A stretch of DNA of 64,000 bases from contig CP086569.2 of NCBI GenBank assembly GCA_009914755.4, positions 22,240,001-22,304,000 on the forward strand, in the 5' to 3' direction. Every line of letters begins with the position of its first letter. Position 1 is the first letter of the stretch. This document shows, one piece after another, positions 1 through 13,600 of this stretch. Under the pieces are notes generated by a model. That model was not told where the DNA came from. It saw only the letters and a program-made list of their open reading frames with translations, and did not search any database. Source of the stretch: the human T2T-CHM13v2.0 reference genome, Homo sapiens. The position numbers were made by a program, and so were the translations under genes.

Positions 1-1357
1 CATGGCTTGTGCTTTTTTGACCTAATTTACAGGCTTTAACATGTTACTGATTGGACCATAATGTCAGGTAGCTAAGGAAAGGCAGTGAATAATTCAATTT
101 GATTTAGTTTGTCTTTGATTTGAAACTTAAGGCCATGAAATGGTATCATCTCCAGCACCCTGAGTAGGAATAGTTCCATCACAGAAATAGATGATAATTA
201 ATTTATTTAACCACTCAGTTTTGAAGTCTTCAAGAACTTAGTTGAAATAAAGATGGTGAAGTCTCCCAATAAAATGAGCTGAGACTTTAAGATCAAGCGG
301 AGGTAAGGCACTAAAAATGTTGAATTGGTAAAGCTGATGTTGTGTTACTAATTTTCTCTGAGAAAATGACATGGAGCAAGATTTGAGACCATCAAAAAAC
401 AAACTAAAAAAGGTACTTAATTGAATTTAAAAGAAGTTAGATGACTTCAAATTGATTTGAAGATATTTTAAAATCTATGTCTGATTTCACAAAATTAAAT
501 TAGATGTTTTATAATAAAATAAACTTGTTTTGAGTTTTAAAGTCACACAACCATACCCACACATTATTTTTGTTAATTAATGGAAAAGAACATAAGTTCT
601 ACCTATTGACATAGTGGCAAAATAATAAAAAGGAACACACAACTCAAATATTTCTACACACACACATATGCATTCTAAGTGACATACAGGGTTACTTCTA
701 TGTAAATTGCAAAAAATATTTCAGTCTTGTGTATTTTTCTTCTCTTTAAAAATAAAGAAAAAAACACAGGCAGAATAAGAACTAACCAACATGAAATAAA
801 CATTTTTTTGACAGAAGTGGAGAATAAGTCTGGACCATGTCACTGGGAAATCCATGAGGGATAAACTTGATTATATGTAACATGCTAAGAGATATGTCTT
901 AAAGCAGTATTTGCAAAGTAAGCACAGTGTTTTCACTTACTTTACATGTGACACATTGGGCCGGTAGTGTGAGGAGAGCCACTGCTTGTCCCTTCACTGA
1001 TCCTCAGTCACAGGCTATGACGGTGGTATTGAAAATTAGACAATAGGTCTGACATAGAACATTCAGATTGAGTGCAAGATAATACACATTTGCAGATATC
1101 AAGCTGAGTGCAAAGGTTCCACATTTGCAGCGACTATTGTTTTTTTGAAAAAAAGTTTTTATATGCCGGGAGCAGTAAGCTATACTATTACAGATCTGAG
1201 ACATCTGGAGAGGGCAACTCATTATATGCTGCAAGTCTTGACAACTGGAACTTAAACGGTAGCTCATGCAAACATTCCCCTATGGTGACTATGGTTACCA
1301 ATACTATACTGTATACTTAAAAAACTTGCTCGGAGAGTGGATCTTTATTGTTCTCCC

Positions 1358-1386
1358 CCAAAACAAACAAACAAACAAACAAAAAA
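1358..1386. repeat. (CAAA)n simple repeat
   Basis: About seven caaa units seen directly (ccccaaaacaaacaaacaaacaaacaaaaaacacc). Confidence 0.8.
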
Positions 1387-2142
1387 CACCCTAAACAGAT
1401 AGCAAACACAATGAAATTATCTTAAAGCGTACTAGAAATAAATGACAAATTTCCCATACATGAATGGCATTTACACTAGCAAGAAGTTTCTAAAAAGCAA
1501 CAATTAAACATAAAGAAGTAGGGTTTTTTCAAGCCATGATCTAAAATAATATATATTTTTAAAAACTATCATTAAAGTGTGAGTGTAAAATGAAGATACT
1601 TTATGATATACCAAACTTGAAAGGTTATAGTACAGTTTGTTTGCTGAAATAATTTCTTAAGGTTAAGTTTCAGGAAAGAAGAAATTTCACACAAAGGGAA
1701 AATTTAAGAAGTAAGATGAGTAAAGAAATTAATAAAGAAGAACATATCCCTAAGCTAGCAATAACAATGTAAACAATAACACTAACAATGAGTAATTAAG
1801 CATATAGGTAAGGTGTACCTAAAATTCTGAACAATATGATTAGAATTTAATTACAATTTAATTGACAGAGTTTATGAGAACAAACAAAATTGTGAGCCAT
1901 ATAAAAATGAATGTAGTAAAAAAAAACCCAAAAATTTTCAAGGAAAAGTACTAAATTTTATTGAAAGGCATAATAAATGAAAGCCAAAAAAACATAAGAA
2001 GTGTGCCAGGCCATTGTTAAAAAAATCTTCACATGATAAGACGTCTCTTTTTATATTAATGTATAAATTCAGGCAATAATAATAAAAATTACAGCAAGAT
2101 GCTTCATGCACATTGACAACCTGATTCTAAATATGGAATTGA

Positions 2143-2552
<410 letters not shown>

Positions 2553-2936
2553 AGGACTCTGTTTAATAGTGAACACTTTTATACAGCTATTTCTAAATAT
2601 TATAGTAGGGAAAAATCTATTGCAAATAGAAGTAACCTAGAAAAATACACTATTATGACAGAATTACAGTCTAAACAATGCTGAAGTAATACACTACTCA
2701 ATAATAGCCTAAGAAAAAAACTGAAGGCAAATTGGCTAAACACATTTGTTAATGACATATAAAAATAAACCTTTATGTCATGGTATACACAAGACTAAAT
2801 GGATGATGATTTTAAAAATACTTGTGAAAACCAAAGCTGCCAAATTGCTAGAAGAAAATATTAGAGAATAATTTATAGTATCAGAAAAATACTGTTAATA
2901 GCACCTAAAAGGCTTTCATAAAAAATAAAAATCTTA

Positions 2937-3324
<388 letters not shown>

Positions 3325-4007
3325 TCATATGACTAACTGAAGAGAGCTGTAGCACAAAGCATTAGTACAAAATAAAATAACACACATAAATCGGCCAGAT
3401 AAAGGGCAAAATATAGAACAAGAGTGAAGCGTATGAGCAGGCACTTCACAGAGGAAAAAATGCTGAATGTTTAACAAATACATGAAAAGAAAATTAAGAC
3501 CACAATAAAAGGCCATTTTTTTAACCCATGATACTGACTAAAATTGAAAAGTCAAACATCATCAAATGTTGACAAGAGTATTGGGAAGCAGGAACCTTAG
3601 TATTTAATACACTGTTGCTGTGAATTGACATGGTAACTTCAGAGAGTTCTGTAGCCATGCTTGGTAAATTTGGAGACAAACATACCAAATTACCAGGAAC
3701 TTTTATTTCTTGATATACACTACAAAAAAGCATTTTCATATGTTTATAAAAAGAAAACAGGACCAAATGTTTTGCAGTTAAGAAGACATCGTGGAAAACT
3801 TTTAACTCTCAATGGAGAGTATGTGTAAAAGATTGCTTTTCTTTCACATAATGGAATGCAATACAGTGGTTAAAATGAAAGAAATAGAACTGTCAGTATA
3901 AACATTCACAATTTCAAAACTATAATAACAAGTTTGAAAACTAAATTGCAAAGGGATATATTTGGTATAAAATATTATATACTCTTTAAATGCCTCCAAA
4001 GCAATAG

Positions 4008-4062
4008 TGTGTGTGTGTATATATATATCATATATATCATATATATATATGATATTTTCTCT
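4008..4062. repeat. (TG)n/(TA)n compound microsatellite
   Basis: gtgtgtgtgtatatatatatcatatatatcatatatatatatgatat seen directly. Confidence 0.7.
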
Positions 4063-5913
4063 ATAAAACATATGTGTGGGAGAATTATACACAAAATTCA
4101 GGATAATGATTACTTATGGAGAGAAAGGAGGAAGAAAAGATGGAGGTGTTGTACAGCCTTCAATATCCTCATAATATTTATTTACTTTTTCAACTCCTAA
4201 GAGAAATTAACTGATACAGAAAAATGTTAACATTTAATTACTGAATTATATTTAATAAAGGCATACCTTGCTTAGTATGCAGCAGTCACTGTTATACATG
4301 CTTTACAAATATTACTTGATTTAATTTTAATGGTAAAACCTATGAGGTAGTATTATTATAATGCTCATTTCCTAGATTACAAGACTAAGGCAAAGAAAGT
4401 TTCAATGGCTTGCACAAATTCACATAGAGCTAGATTTGAAGCCAGGTATGTCTATTGTCTATTCATATGATGCCCTTTCTTGCATGGCTCATTTCTTCAA
4501 CATCTGTAGTACATGTAAATGGATATTTACAATATGTTTTTTCATACTTTGGGATTTTCTGAAAAGCATCATAATTAAAATCAAACACTTAAAATTAAAA
4601 TCAGGGAAATTCTGCTTGCCACTATTAGGTGACAAAAGGACCATATATATGTAGAAAGCCAGTTGTTAGAAGTAAGTCCCAACATAACAGTAATTATTGA
4701 TAGAGCAGGAGCACTGGCATCTCAGACAAACACCATCCCTTTAAATTCCATCTCCTTTTCTGGCCACATGTATTTCAACGAAATCACTTCTCTCCTAACT
4801 ACAAGCAGCCAAAAAGAGCAGACATTACAACGCAAATAAGACATCTCAGCACACAGCGAGGTGAAGGAAAAGTCCCTTGAGTAACTGCCAAATTTTCCCT
4901 CATACAATGGGCCCCAGTAAAACACTGGGCCTTGTTAGGCACATTCCTTTCCCTTCAGGTGCACTAAGATAGGGAAGCTAAAAGCAGACTGGGGGAATAA
5001 GCATGCAGCTGCAGAAAGATGTATGGGAAGACACACAACTCTCCCTCCCAGACAAGCACAACAAAGAGACACAGAAGCAGCCCAAGCCTTTGATAAACTC
5101 TCCCACCCTGAATCCTTAAGAACTGTCAGTCTCTGAGAAAGTGTGCCTCTGACCTAACTTAGCCAGAAGGTGCCCTCTCAGGTTTGTTTTCTCTAAAATA
5201 AATCTGTCCTTACTGGTGAGCCACTTTTTGTGTTTCTTCCCTCTCTCTTTACATCTTACAATCATAATAAATGTAAATGATCTAAACTCACCCATTAAAT
5301 ATCAGCTAAACAATACTTACAAGAGAGAAGCCTAATGCATCAAGCACATAGGGACTGAAAATAAAAGGATAGAAATAAATAAACTAGTAAACACTAACCA
5401 ATAGAAAGATGATATGTTTATATTAATTCTATAAAAACTAAGCTTTAATTCAAGAAAATACATATTTTTAAAGATAGAGAAGGGCCACTTCCTCATGGAA
5501 GTCTTCCTTCAACAGGAAGTTAGTTACCTAAAATATGTGTGCACCTAACAAAATAAGTACACGTATACACTCAAAAAGGATAAAATTTCAGGGATATATA
5601 TTTTTTAATCTACCCATACGGTTATTTTATGTGTCAGTTTGACTGGGTCACTGTGTGCCCAGATGTGTGGTCAGGCATTATTCTGTTGCGTCTGTGAGGG
5701 TGTTTCTGGATGAGATAAATGTTTTAGTTCATGAGTAAAGAAAGATATAAGAAATGGGTAGAACTGAAAGGATGAAATAAAGGGGAATTCCTCCTTCCTG
5801 ACTGTATTTGAGCTAGGACTTTGAATTTTTCTGCCTTTAGATTCAAGCTAAAACCTTGGCTCTTCCCAGATCTAAAGGTTGTCAGCCTTCAAACCGGTAA
5901 CACAACATTCATT

Positions 5914-5990
5914 GACCATCCTGGTTCTCTGGCCTTTGGACTCAGACTATTACTGACCATCCTGGTTCTCTGGCCTTTGGACTCAGACTA
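5914..5990. repeat. Local tandem duplication, 41-bp period, two copies
   Basis: gaccatcctggttctctggcctttggactcagacta occurs twice back to back, separated by ttact. Confidence 0.7.
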
Positions 5991-6104
5991 CAACTATACT
6001 ATCAAACCTCCTAGGTCTCCAAATTGCCAACTGTATTTTTTAGAACTTGTCAGCCTTCATAACTGCAGGAACCAACTTTTTATAATCAATTTCCTTCTCC
6101 ATAT

Positions 6105-6262
6105 ATTTGTGTGTGTCTATATACGTATATTATATGTATATACGTATATAGACACACACACATGCACATATATACACCATGTATATATGTGCATGTGTGT
6201 GTGTGTGTGTGTGTATATATATTTGTGGGCATCTGTGTATACACACACACACATATATGCAT
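6105..6262. repeat. Compound (TG)n/(TA)n/(CA)n microsatellite
   Basis: Long alternating gt/ta/ca tracts. This is why several long ORFs appear here on both strands. Confidence 0.8.
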
Positions 6263-7667
6263 CATATTTATTTCTGCTACTGCAGAGAATCCAGAATAAT
6301 ACAACCCCCAAAATGGGTGATGTCAATAAAATTGGATTCAATAATATTGGAGATAGGTTACATTTACAAAAGAACCTTAAAAACCAGTTTTGAAAAATTA
6401 AACATTCTAATAGATACATATCAACTTCTAAGTACTATAATTAGAGAAAAACAATATTCTCAAACACAAATGAAATTTCACTATTACCATTTTACATTTG
6501 GTCACATGATAGTATGTAAGCAAGTCTTAACAAATGTTGAATAATTAGTGTCATAAACACCCCAAGTTCTTTGACCTCATGCAATTAGGTTGAAGTCAGT
6601 TACAAATGATTTGTTCAGTCACTGCTTATTAGAAAAATGAAAAAAAAAACACAAGAAAGCAGTTCTCATGAATCTTTTGGATCCATACATCAAACAAAAA
6701 TAAAAATAAACATATTCAAATGTACTTACATATGTATAGAAAGATGTAAAATCTTACTGTCTTACTGTGTTATTTTTTGTTATAGCAAAAGCCTTGAAAT
6801 GATGTAATTGTTCATCATGAAATAAGGAATTTCTTTAGTACAGTATTTTGCCTCCAGAAAATGGTATGCGATAGCTGTTCATGTTATTAAAAAGAACAAA
6901 GTTGCTCTTTGTTGATAAAGTACTATTAGGGTGAATAAGGTAAGTACAGAACAGCACATAGAATATACACTCATTTTAACTTGAAAATTGTATGTTTTAA
7001 TATATATTTCCAAGAAATTGAACAAACTTCTATTAGGGACAACTTCAGAATGGAGAATTATACACCTGGGCTCAGGTACCCTGTGGTATTGTCTAATTTC
7101 TTTTTCTTTCATATCCTTTATGCATTTACAACTTAAAAATACTACTAAAATGTAGAATGAATCAAAGAACCCTAGTCTAAAAATATGTCTTCTGAAATGT
7201 TGCCAAATGGCTTTCAGATCCTTCCACGAGTGACTTTTTTCCTTTGGTTTTAGCACTGGCATGTGCATTGGAATTCTCTTCAACATAATCCATCCTCATG
7301 AAAGTATACCATATGATGTCATCAGTAAATTAATGTAAAAAGGAGAATTGGATTTTCAAACCATAATTCTCTGGACTAAAGACACTGGGCGCCAGGGAAA
7401 GGAAAGGAGACACATGGAAAGAAGAAGGTAAGCTAAAAGCACTGGTACTTTCTAGGTCTGACAACAAAATTTCAGGTTGAGACTTCACCGAATGATCTTA
7501 AAACTCTTGAAAGATTTCCTGCAGTCCTTACTTTTTCAGACAAGAGGGTCAAGCTCAGCAATATTCTTTGTTGTAACTCCTGGTCTGAAGGGAAAAATGA
7601 TTGAGATTCTGGGGAAAGTGAATAGAGAACTCTGATGAAAGCCATGGTTAACATAGGCCTGAAGCTT

Positions 7668-10600
7668 AAAAGCATCAAATTTACATAAACATAATTTTTT
7701 TAAAAACCAGCATAATTTTAATTTTATTGTAGTCATCATTTGCAGACACTGTTTATTTTGGAGAAGTGATTACAGAAATCTGACAAATCAAGGCCTGATG
7801 AGAATACTTAAATTAACCACATTCCAGAAGCCCAAATCTGAAAAGCAAAGGTGTTTCTGATATAACAGCCCAACTTCTGCATTTCTTCTCTATTGGGCAC
7901 TGTAATATTGCACATATGAAAAACAAAATGGAGTGTTAAATAAAAAGTAATGGGATTAAGAAGAGTCATTGCTTAGTGAGTTAAAACAACACACATATAC
8001 ATGGAGAAGAAGAGGAAGACAGTGATAGAAAACATACTATTGATTTAATTCAGAATAATTTTCATTTTTGTCTATTACCATTAAATAGTACCATTACAAT
8101 AATATAATTTTGTAATATTGACTTCCAAAATGTGAGTGGTTTTTATTTTGTATATTTGGAAACCTGAGCAAAGTTCTTTATAAAGACATTTCGTTTTTTC
8201 CCAAATTTGCTAGCTAATAGCTAGCTAAATGCTGGTTGCCTGAATATCTCTCACTAAGTATTTTGTCTTTTCCCATTGATTTTAATATGAACTTGGTTTG
8301 TATTTTCTTGGCATCTTTACTAAATCTACAGATGTTGAAGTTGTTCAGATCTCAGTCATGGATCTTCTTGGGTTTTCTCAAGGCTAAAACACCCTTTCTA
8401 TACTGACCATCAAAAAATTCCCAACTTCAGGCCAGATCTTTGTTCTACCTTCAGAGTTGGCATATCCAACTGCATGCCTTACATCTCCACATACCAAAAC
8501 CAGACCTTCCTTTCATCCTCCAAACATGTTTCCTCCTACAGGATTCCACTATTTCAGAAATTCACCGTGCTAAGTATCCTATATTTCAAGATAGAAATGT
8601 AGAGGATGATCCCTGAGGCAGCCTTTTCTCAATGAGTCTTCATCATTCACATCCAACACTTCACAGTTTGTGTGTCCTCTCCCAAAATTATAGACTTAGT
8701 AAATAAAGTTCCAAAAATATAGACTTAGTAAATAAAGACTCCCCTAAACAACCTTCAATTGTCCACTTTTTTTTTCCAATTCACGTCAGTTTCTTTACAG
8801 AACAGCTGGAGTTCTGCAAAGTCAAAGTTAGAGTAAGTACCAGTTTCTGCCAGTATTACTATTTTCTTTATCACGAGATAAATGTTACTTAAAAACGTGC
8901 ATATGAAGCTATACTAAGTAACAAAGTTAAATGATGTCTCTGTTTTACAGAACAGTACAAGGCAAATAGAATCAATTATTATTATATAATCTTTATAAAT
9001 ACACATACACGTAGTAGATATTTTAGACCCCACTTCATACATCTGCAATTTGGGTCTCAAAATAGTTAGCTTATCTTAAAGTCTAATATCAGATTACAGA
9101 ACTGCGTCTCTCCACAATATCATGCTATCTCCCTTTAAGAACCAGCTGGGGAATCATTAAGAACAAAAAAAATGTCCTTTTCTTGAACATCTCCAAGGTG
9201 AGCCAAAAATCTAAATTTCCTGTGGAGATGTTGTCATGTGCAACTTCACCAAAACCTTTACAAATTTAACTACAGTTATGCTTCAGTGGTCTAGCTGTTT
9301 ATCCAATACCTGCACACCTGCTTTAAAACAGAAAAATTTGGAAGTTAATACAAATATTAACTCTTATCATTACAGATGCTGACATCTGAAGACGCTTTCC
9401 AATATTCCATAAATATGTGAAATTCAAATGTCAGTACAGTCTCCAAAATGTCAATGTAATCTTAGTAGCAGTGGATCATTTACAGAAGGTAATTTTGCCA
9501 GAGTGGACAAATTTTTTTTAAAATATTGCTATTTTAGACTTACTGATAGCATTAACTTATACACAGTGTATAGCTAGAAACATATTCCTAAAGAAAATGT
9601 TCAGAAATAGGTTTCTTACTTTTTGCTAAATTGCAGACTAGCAGGTTAATTACTCCTGTGAAGTGCTAGATAATTGCGGTAGCATTTACCAAGAATGAGA
9701 AAGAAGATAGGGGCATATGACTTGAGAAGGTGGGAGTGAGGAAAAGATAAGGTATTTATTCCTGACTCCTGACTTGATGTTCTTTGTTTGATTCTTTTGT
9801 TTTTGTTGTTGTTGTTTTACTTTATCTTATGTGTCAGACCAGAGCTTCACAAACAGCCCCAAATAATTACATGGGTCATAAAAAACATATCCAGACAATT
9901 CTCATTATTTTCCATCAAAATCCTGGTTCAATCATTTGAAATGAGACCTGGAGAACCAGCAATTCTAACAAGTATGCTAAGCCATTGTTACCAAAATGAC
10001 AATTGTGAAATATTTAGAAAACCAGGCAGGAGTCAGGTAATCAATATTTAATGATTGGTTCTTGCTGTAAGGGTAAAGGATTTTATTGAAATGACTATTT
10101 AAATTCAAGTTTTATGAAAAAGAATTGAGCACTTTAGTGCTTTCTCATTAATATCTTTAAAGTATGTTTTGCTAAAGTGGAAAAATTATCTTTTCATTAG
10201 AAGTTAGCATTATGGCCACAGATGACTTCTGAGTTAGCTTTTTGAAAATCTTCAGATCGTAAATTATAAAAATTATCTTGGGGGTTTATAAAATTCCAGA
10301 AAATCACTAAGAAAAATATACATAAAAATACCAGCTTCCAAATCAATCAAAATAACACTTACAAATAGACAAGAAAATATATAGACAATCTAGACCAGTA
10401 GAGGAAAACAGGACAGGTAAATGGATCCATTTTAGAAAAGATGAAAATTAAACGACCAATGGAAAATGGCTAGATGTTTGAGCTCATTAGTAATCCGGGG
10501 ATATAAATCAAAACCACATTACATTCCAACTTTTGTTCATTAGTTTGGCAACTATTAAAATAATAATAACAAGTGTAGTCAAGGGTATAAGGAATGGAAA

Positions 10601-13600
10601 TTTGGTTCCATCAATCACAGGACTATCTAATGATATTTAGTAAAATTAGGGTGACTAAAACTTTGGTTGTTCCAATGGAAACTTTTTTTAGAACAAAGGG
10701 TACTAACATATATAAAATTATTTACTATTTATTATATTATTTCCTTACAGGTTTTTTTATTGTATTGATGGATCTATGAAATAGTTATCTTCCAACTATT
10801 TTTGAAAATAAAATGCTTCAAAAATTTAAAAACCACAATTACATATCTTGAGGCAAAACAGAAAAATAACTTCTTTATATTTATTATTTAAATATTTAAA
10901 ATAGTAGGCAGAATAATTATTCTAGAACATATTTACATGAATTAATCTGTTTCTTAACAATAATTATCTGTAGTTCTTTTCTGGAAAATGCATTTATTTT
11001 AATATTATATTGATTTTTAAATAAAGTTACTTGAGCTTTTCCGAAGTTGCTTCTTCTTGTCACCAATAAAAGTTATCAACAATGTTTAGCTTTTTAAGTG
11101 AACTTTAAAAAGCATTTATCATATTGTTCAATTTTTTTTCTGGCACAATAATATTTCCACAGCTTTATTTTGGTCCCAATGATTGACTAAAAATTCAAAC
11201 CACATTTTAATTCAATTTTCTGTTTGAAACATCTAAATGGCATTATCCAACTCTTTTGGAATTTATTCTGTTAATGGAGCTTATGGTGCTTACATACTAA
11301 CAATTACTGATGAATATTTCTTAAGTGCAGAAAAATTAGAATTAAAAATGTACACAATTGATTTTAAAAAATAGTAATTTGATGTAAATAAAAAGCCAGG
11401 CCTCTCAGAATTATATGCTTAATTTTTCCGAAGTCACACACTAAACCTGTGAAAATGTCATCTTCAGGCATAGTTTTCTTAATGTAACTAAGTATTACCT
11501 TCTTAAATAGCAGCTGGTTTTTCCCCTCAACCCTCCATATTCTGGATTTCAGGATATCACTTTTAGCCTTATGGTCCCAACATGGACTACAAGGCTTTAT
11601 GATTATGCCATGTGTTTATTGGCACCTTTCAGCCCATAATTTGATTGAAAGGGAAATTGAGCAGTTTTTGATTAAATATCTAGTTGGATTTTTATGTCAT
11701 TGCTGCTGAAACAGATTTTTTTAAAATAGTCATTAGCAAGCAACCTATAAGTAAATAGTTGTAGGTATACGAGAGATGACAAAACCCCTGTGGCCAGACA
11801 AATTAACTACGCTTTGTGTGCTAAGCTTCTATTTCTAGCACATAATTTACATATATCTAGCCTACTATTTCCTTCATTTTCCCCAAACCCACCATATGAT
11901 GATCTGGCAGTGTCACGTGAGTGAGCCACATAGAAAAAAAAAAATATGTTAAATACTTCTTCCATCACCAGGCAAGACTGGAAGAAGCTAGCCATTACTA
12001 GCCAATACTGACTCAGCGTATATTGATTTATTGTCAAGCACTCTGCTACATGCTGTCCTTGAAAATGAAGCATTAACTATGTTTTGTATAAACTGTGTTA
12101 GGAAAATAAAGTTGATTTTCAGACTTATCCCCCTATTCAAGTCATCATTCTGTTAATATTTTATTTTCCTCACATACTGATAGAGCCCTGACAATAGCTA
12201 TCTATAATTATTAAACAAAATGAACATTTAACAAACACATGCTGGTTCTAATCAATGTAACTTATAATAATACTTCATTAAAAATGAAAAACCTAAGACA
12301 AATGCAAAGCTGATTAGCATGGATGAACAACAGTAACAAAGTGGTAGCCCTGGGAGCTAATGAGAATATTTTATCCCCTCAAAGTTAAAACTGTATGCAC
12401 ACTGCAGTCCAGCCATTCTTCTAGTATTTTCATTATAAACTCTCACACATGTGTACCCAGAGGCATAGGGAAGGTTTTTCATTGTAGCATTTCAATAAAC
12501 ACATAATGGAACATAATGAAATTCAGTAGACTGAGAACTATGCCATCAATAATGGCAGCTCTCAACAAAAATGTTAAGAAAAAAATAAGTGTAATAATAT
12601 ACACCTTATAACATTTACATAAACATTAAAAATTCACAAAGCACCAGTCTCCTGACTGTCTTTAAAAGTATAAAAGATGGGATAGCTACCTTTATGCAAA
12701 TTAACTAGACTTCAGTTGCACTAATTAAGAGAACAACAGCTGAGTCAATCACATGATAATAGGCAAGTTATAATTGATGTCAAAATTCTACCTTATTATA
12801 TATTAACTTCAAAATCATATCACAAGTTTTCTTCTATTTTGAGAAACATCACTTTACTAATAAATAGAACAAAGATTGATTTTGCAGATTTGCCTGATTT
12901 CAATAGAGCATATTTCATCTTCAAATATGATAAGCACTTTCCAATCCATAAAACACTGTTAGAAAAAACTCTCAATCAGGCTAGACACACATTTCAAAGA
13001 GCCTGTGAGTTTGCAAATCATGTATGCCACACTCTCATGCTACCATGATAAAGCATAGCGCTTACATAGTGTTTCTTAGCTTGAAAGAGTCTAGGAACTT
13101 TAACTAATTAATCCTTAGACTAACCAGTGAGATAGTGATAAGAAGTTCCATGAATAGATCATTTAACTATATAATCCACACTTCCTTAAATGTAATTCAG
13201 CTTATGTGTCACGTTGTGTTTTCCTAGCTTTCTATTTCAATCTTCAGAGAAATAATATTTATGTGTGACTATATCATGCATAGGCATCTATTATGAATAC
13301 AATTACGTAGACTGCACTCTGTCTGCTACTAAAAGCTAGCAGATATATGCACAGCCAATACATAAAAAAGTCTGGTATATTCTGCTGTATTTTCTTTTCT
13401 TATTTATTTCATATCTTATTTTCAGGTATTTCAGAGCAGACTTGTTAGATTTGAGTAGGCTAAAACTTTTTAAAGGAGGTATTACAATTCTCTTTTTAAT
13501 TTTTATAATTACTTTAGTTTTTTGGAAAGTGTATTAAAATTAAACTTCTATAATTATGCTGAATGTAAAAGAATATTATATGTGAATGCTTCACCCAAAT

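Noticed and set aside
5821-6419. 190-aa plus-strand ORF and several 60-120-aa ORFs on both strands.
   Set aside because: They run through a (TG)n/(TA)n/(CA)n compound microsatellite. The predicted peptides are low-complexity (CVCVCVYIY...), so they are not coding.
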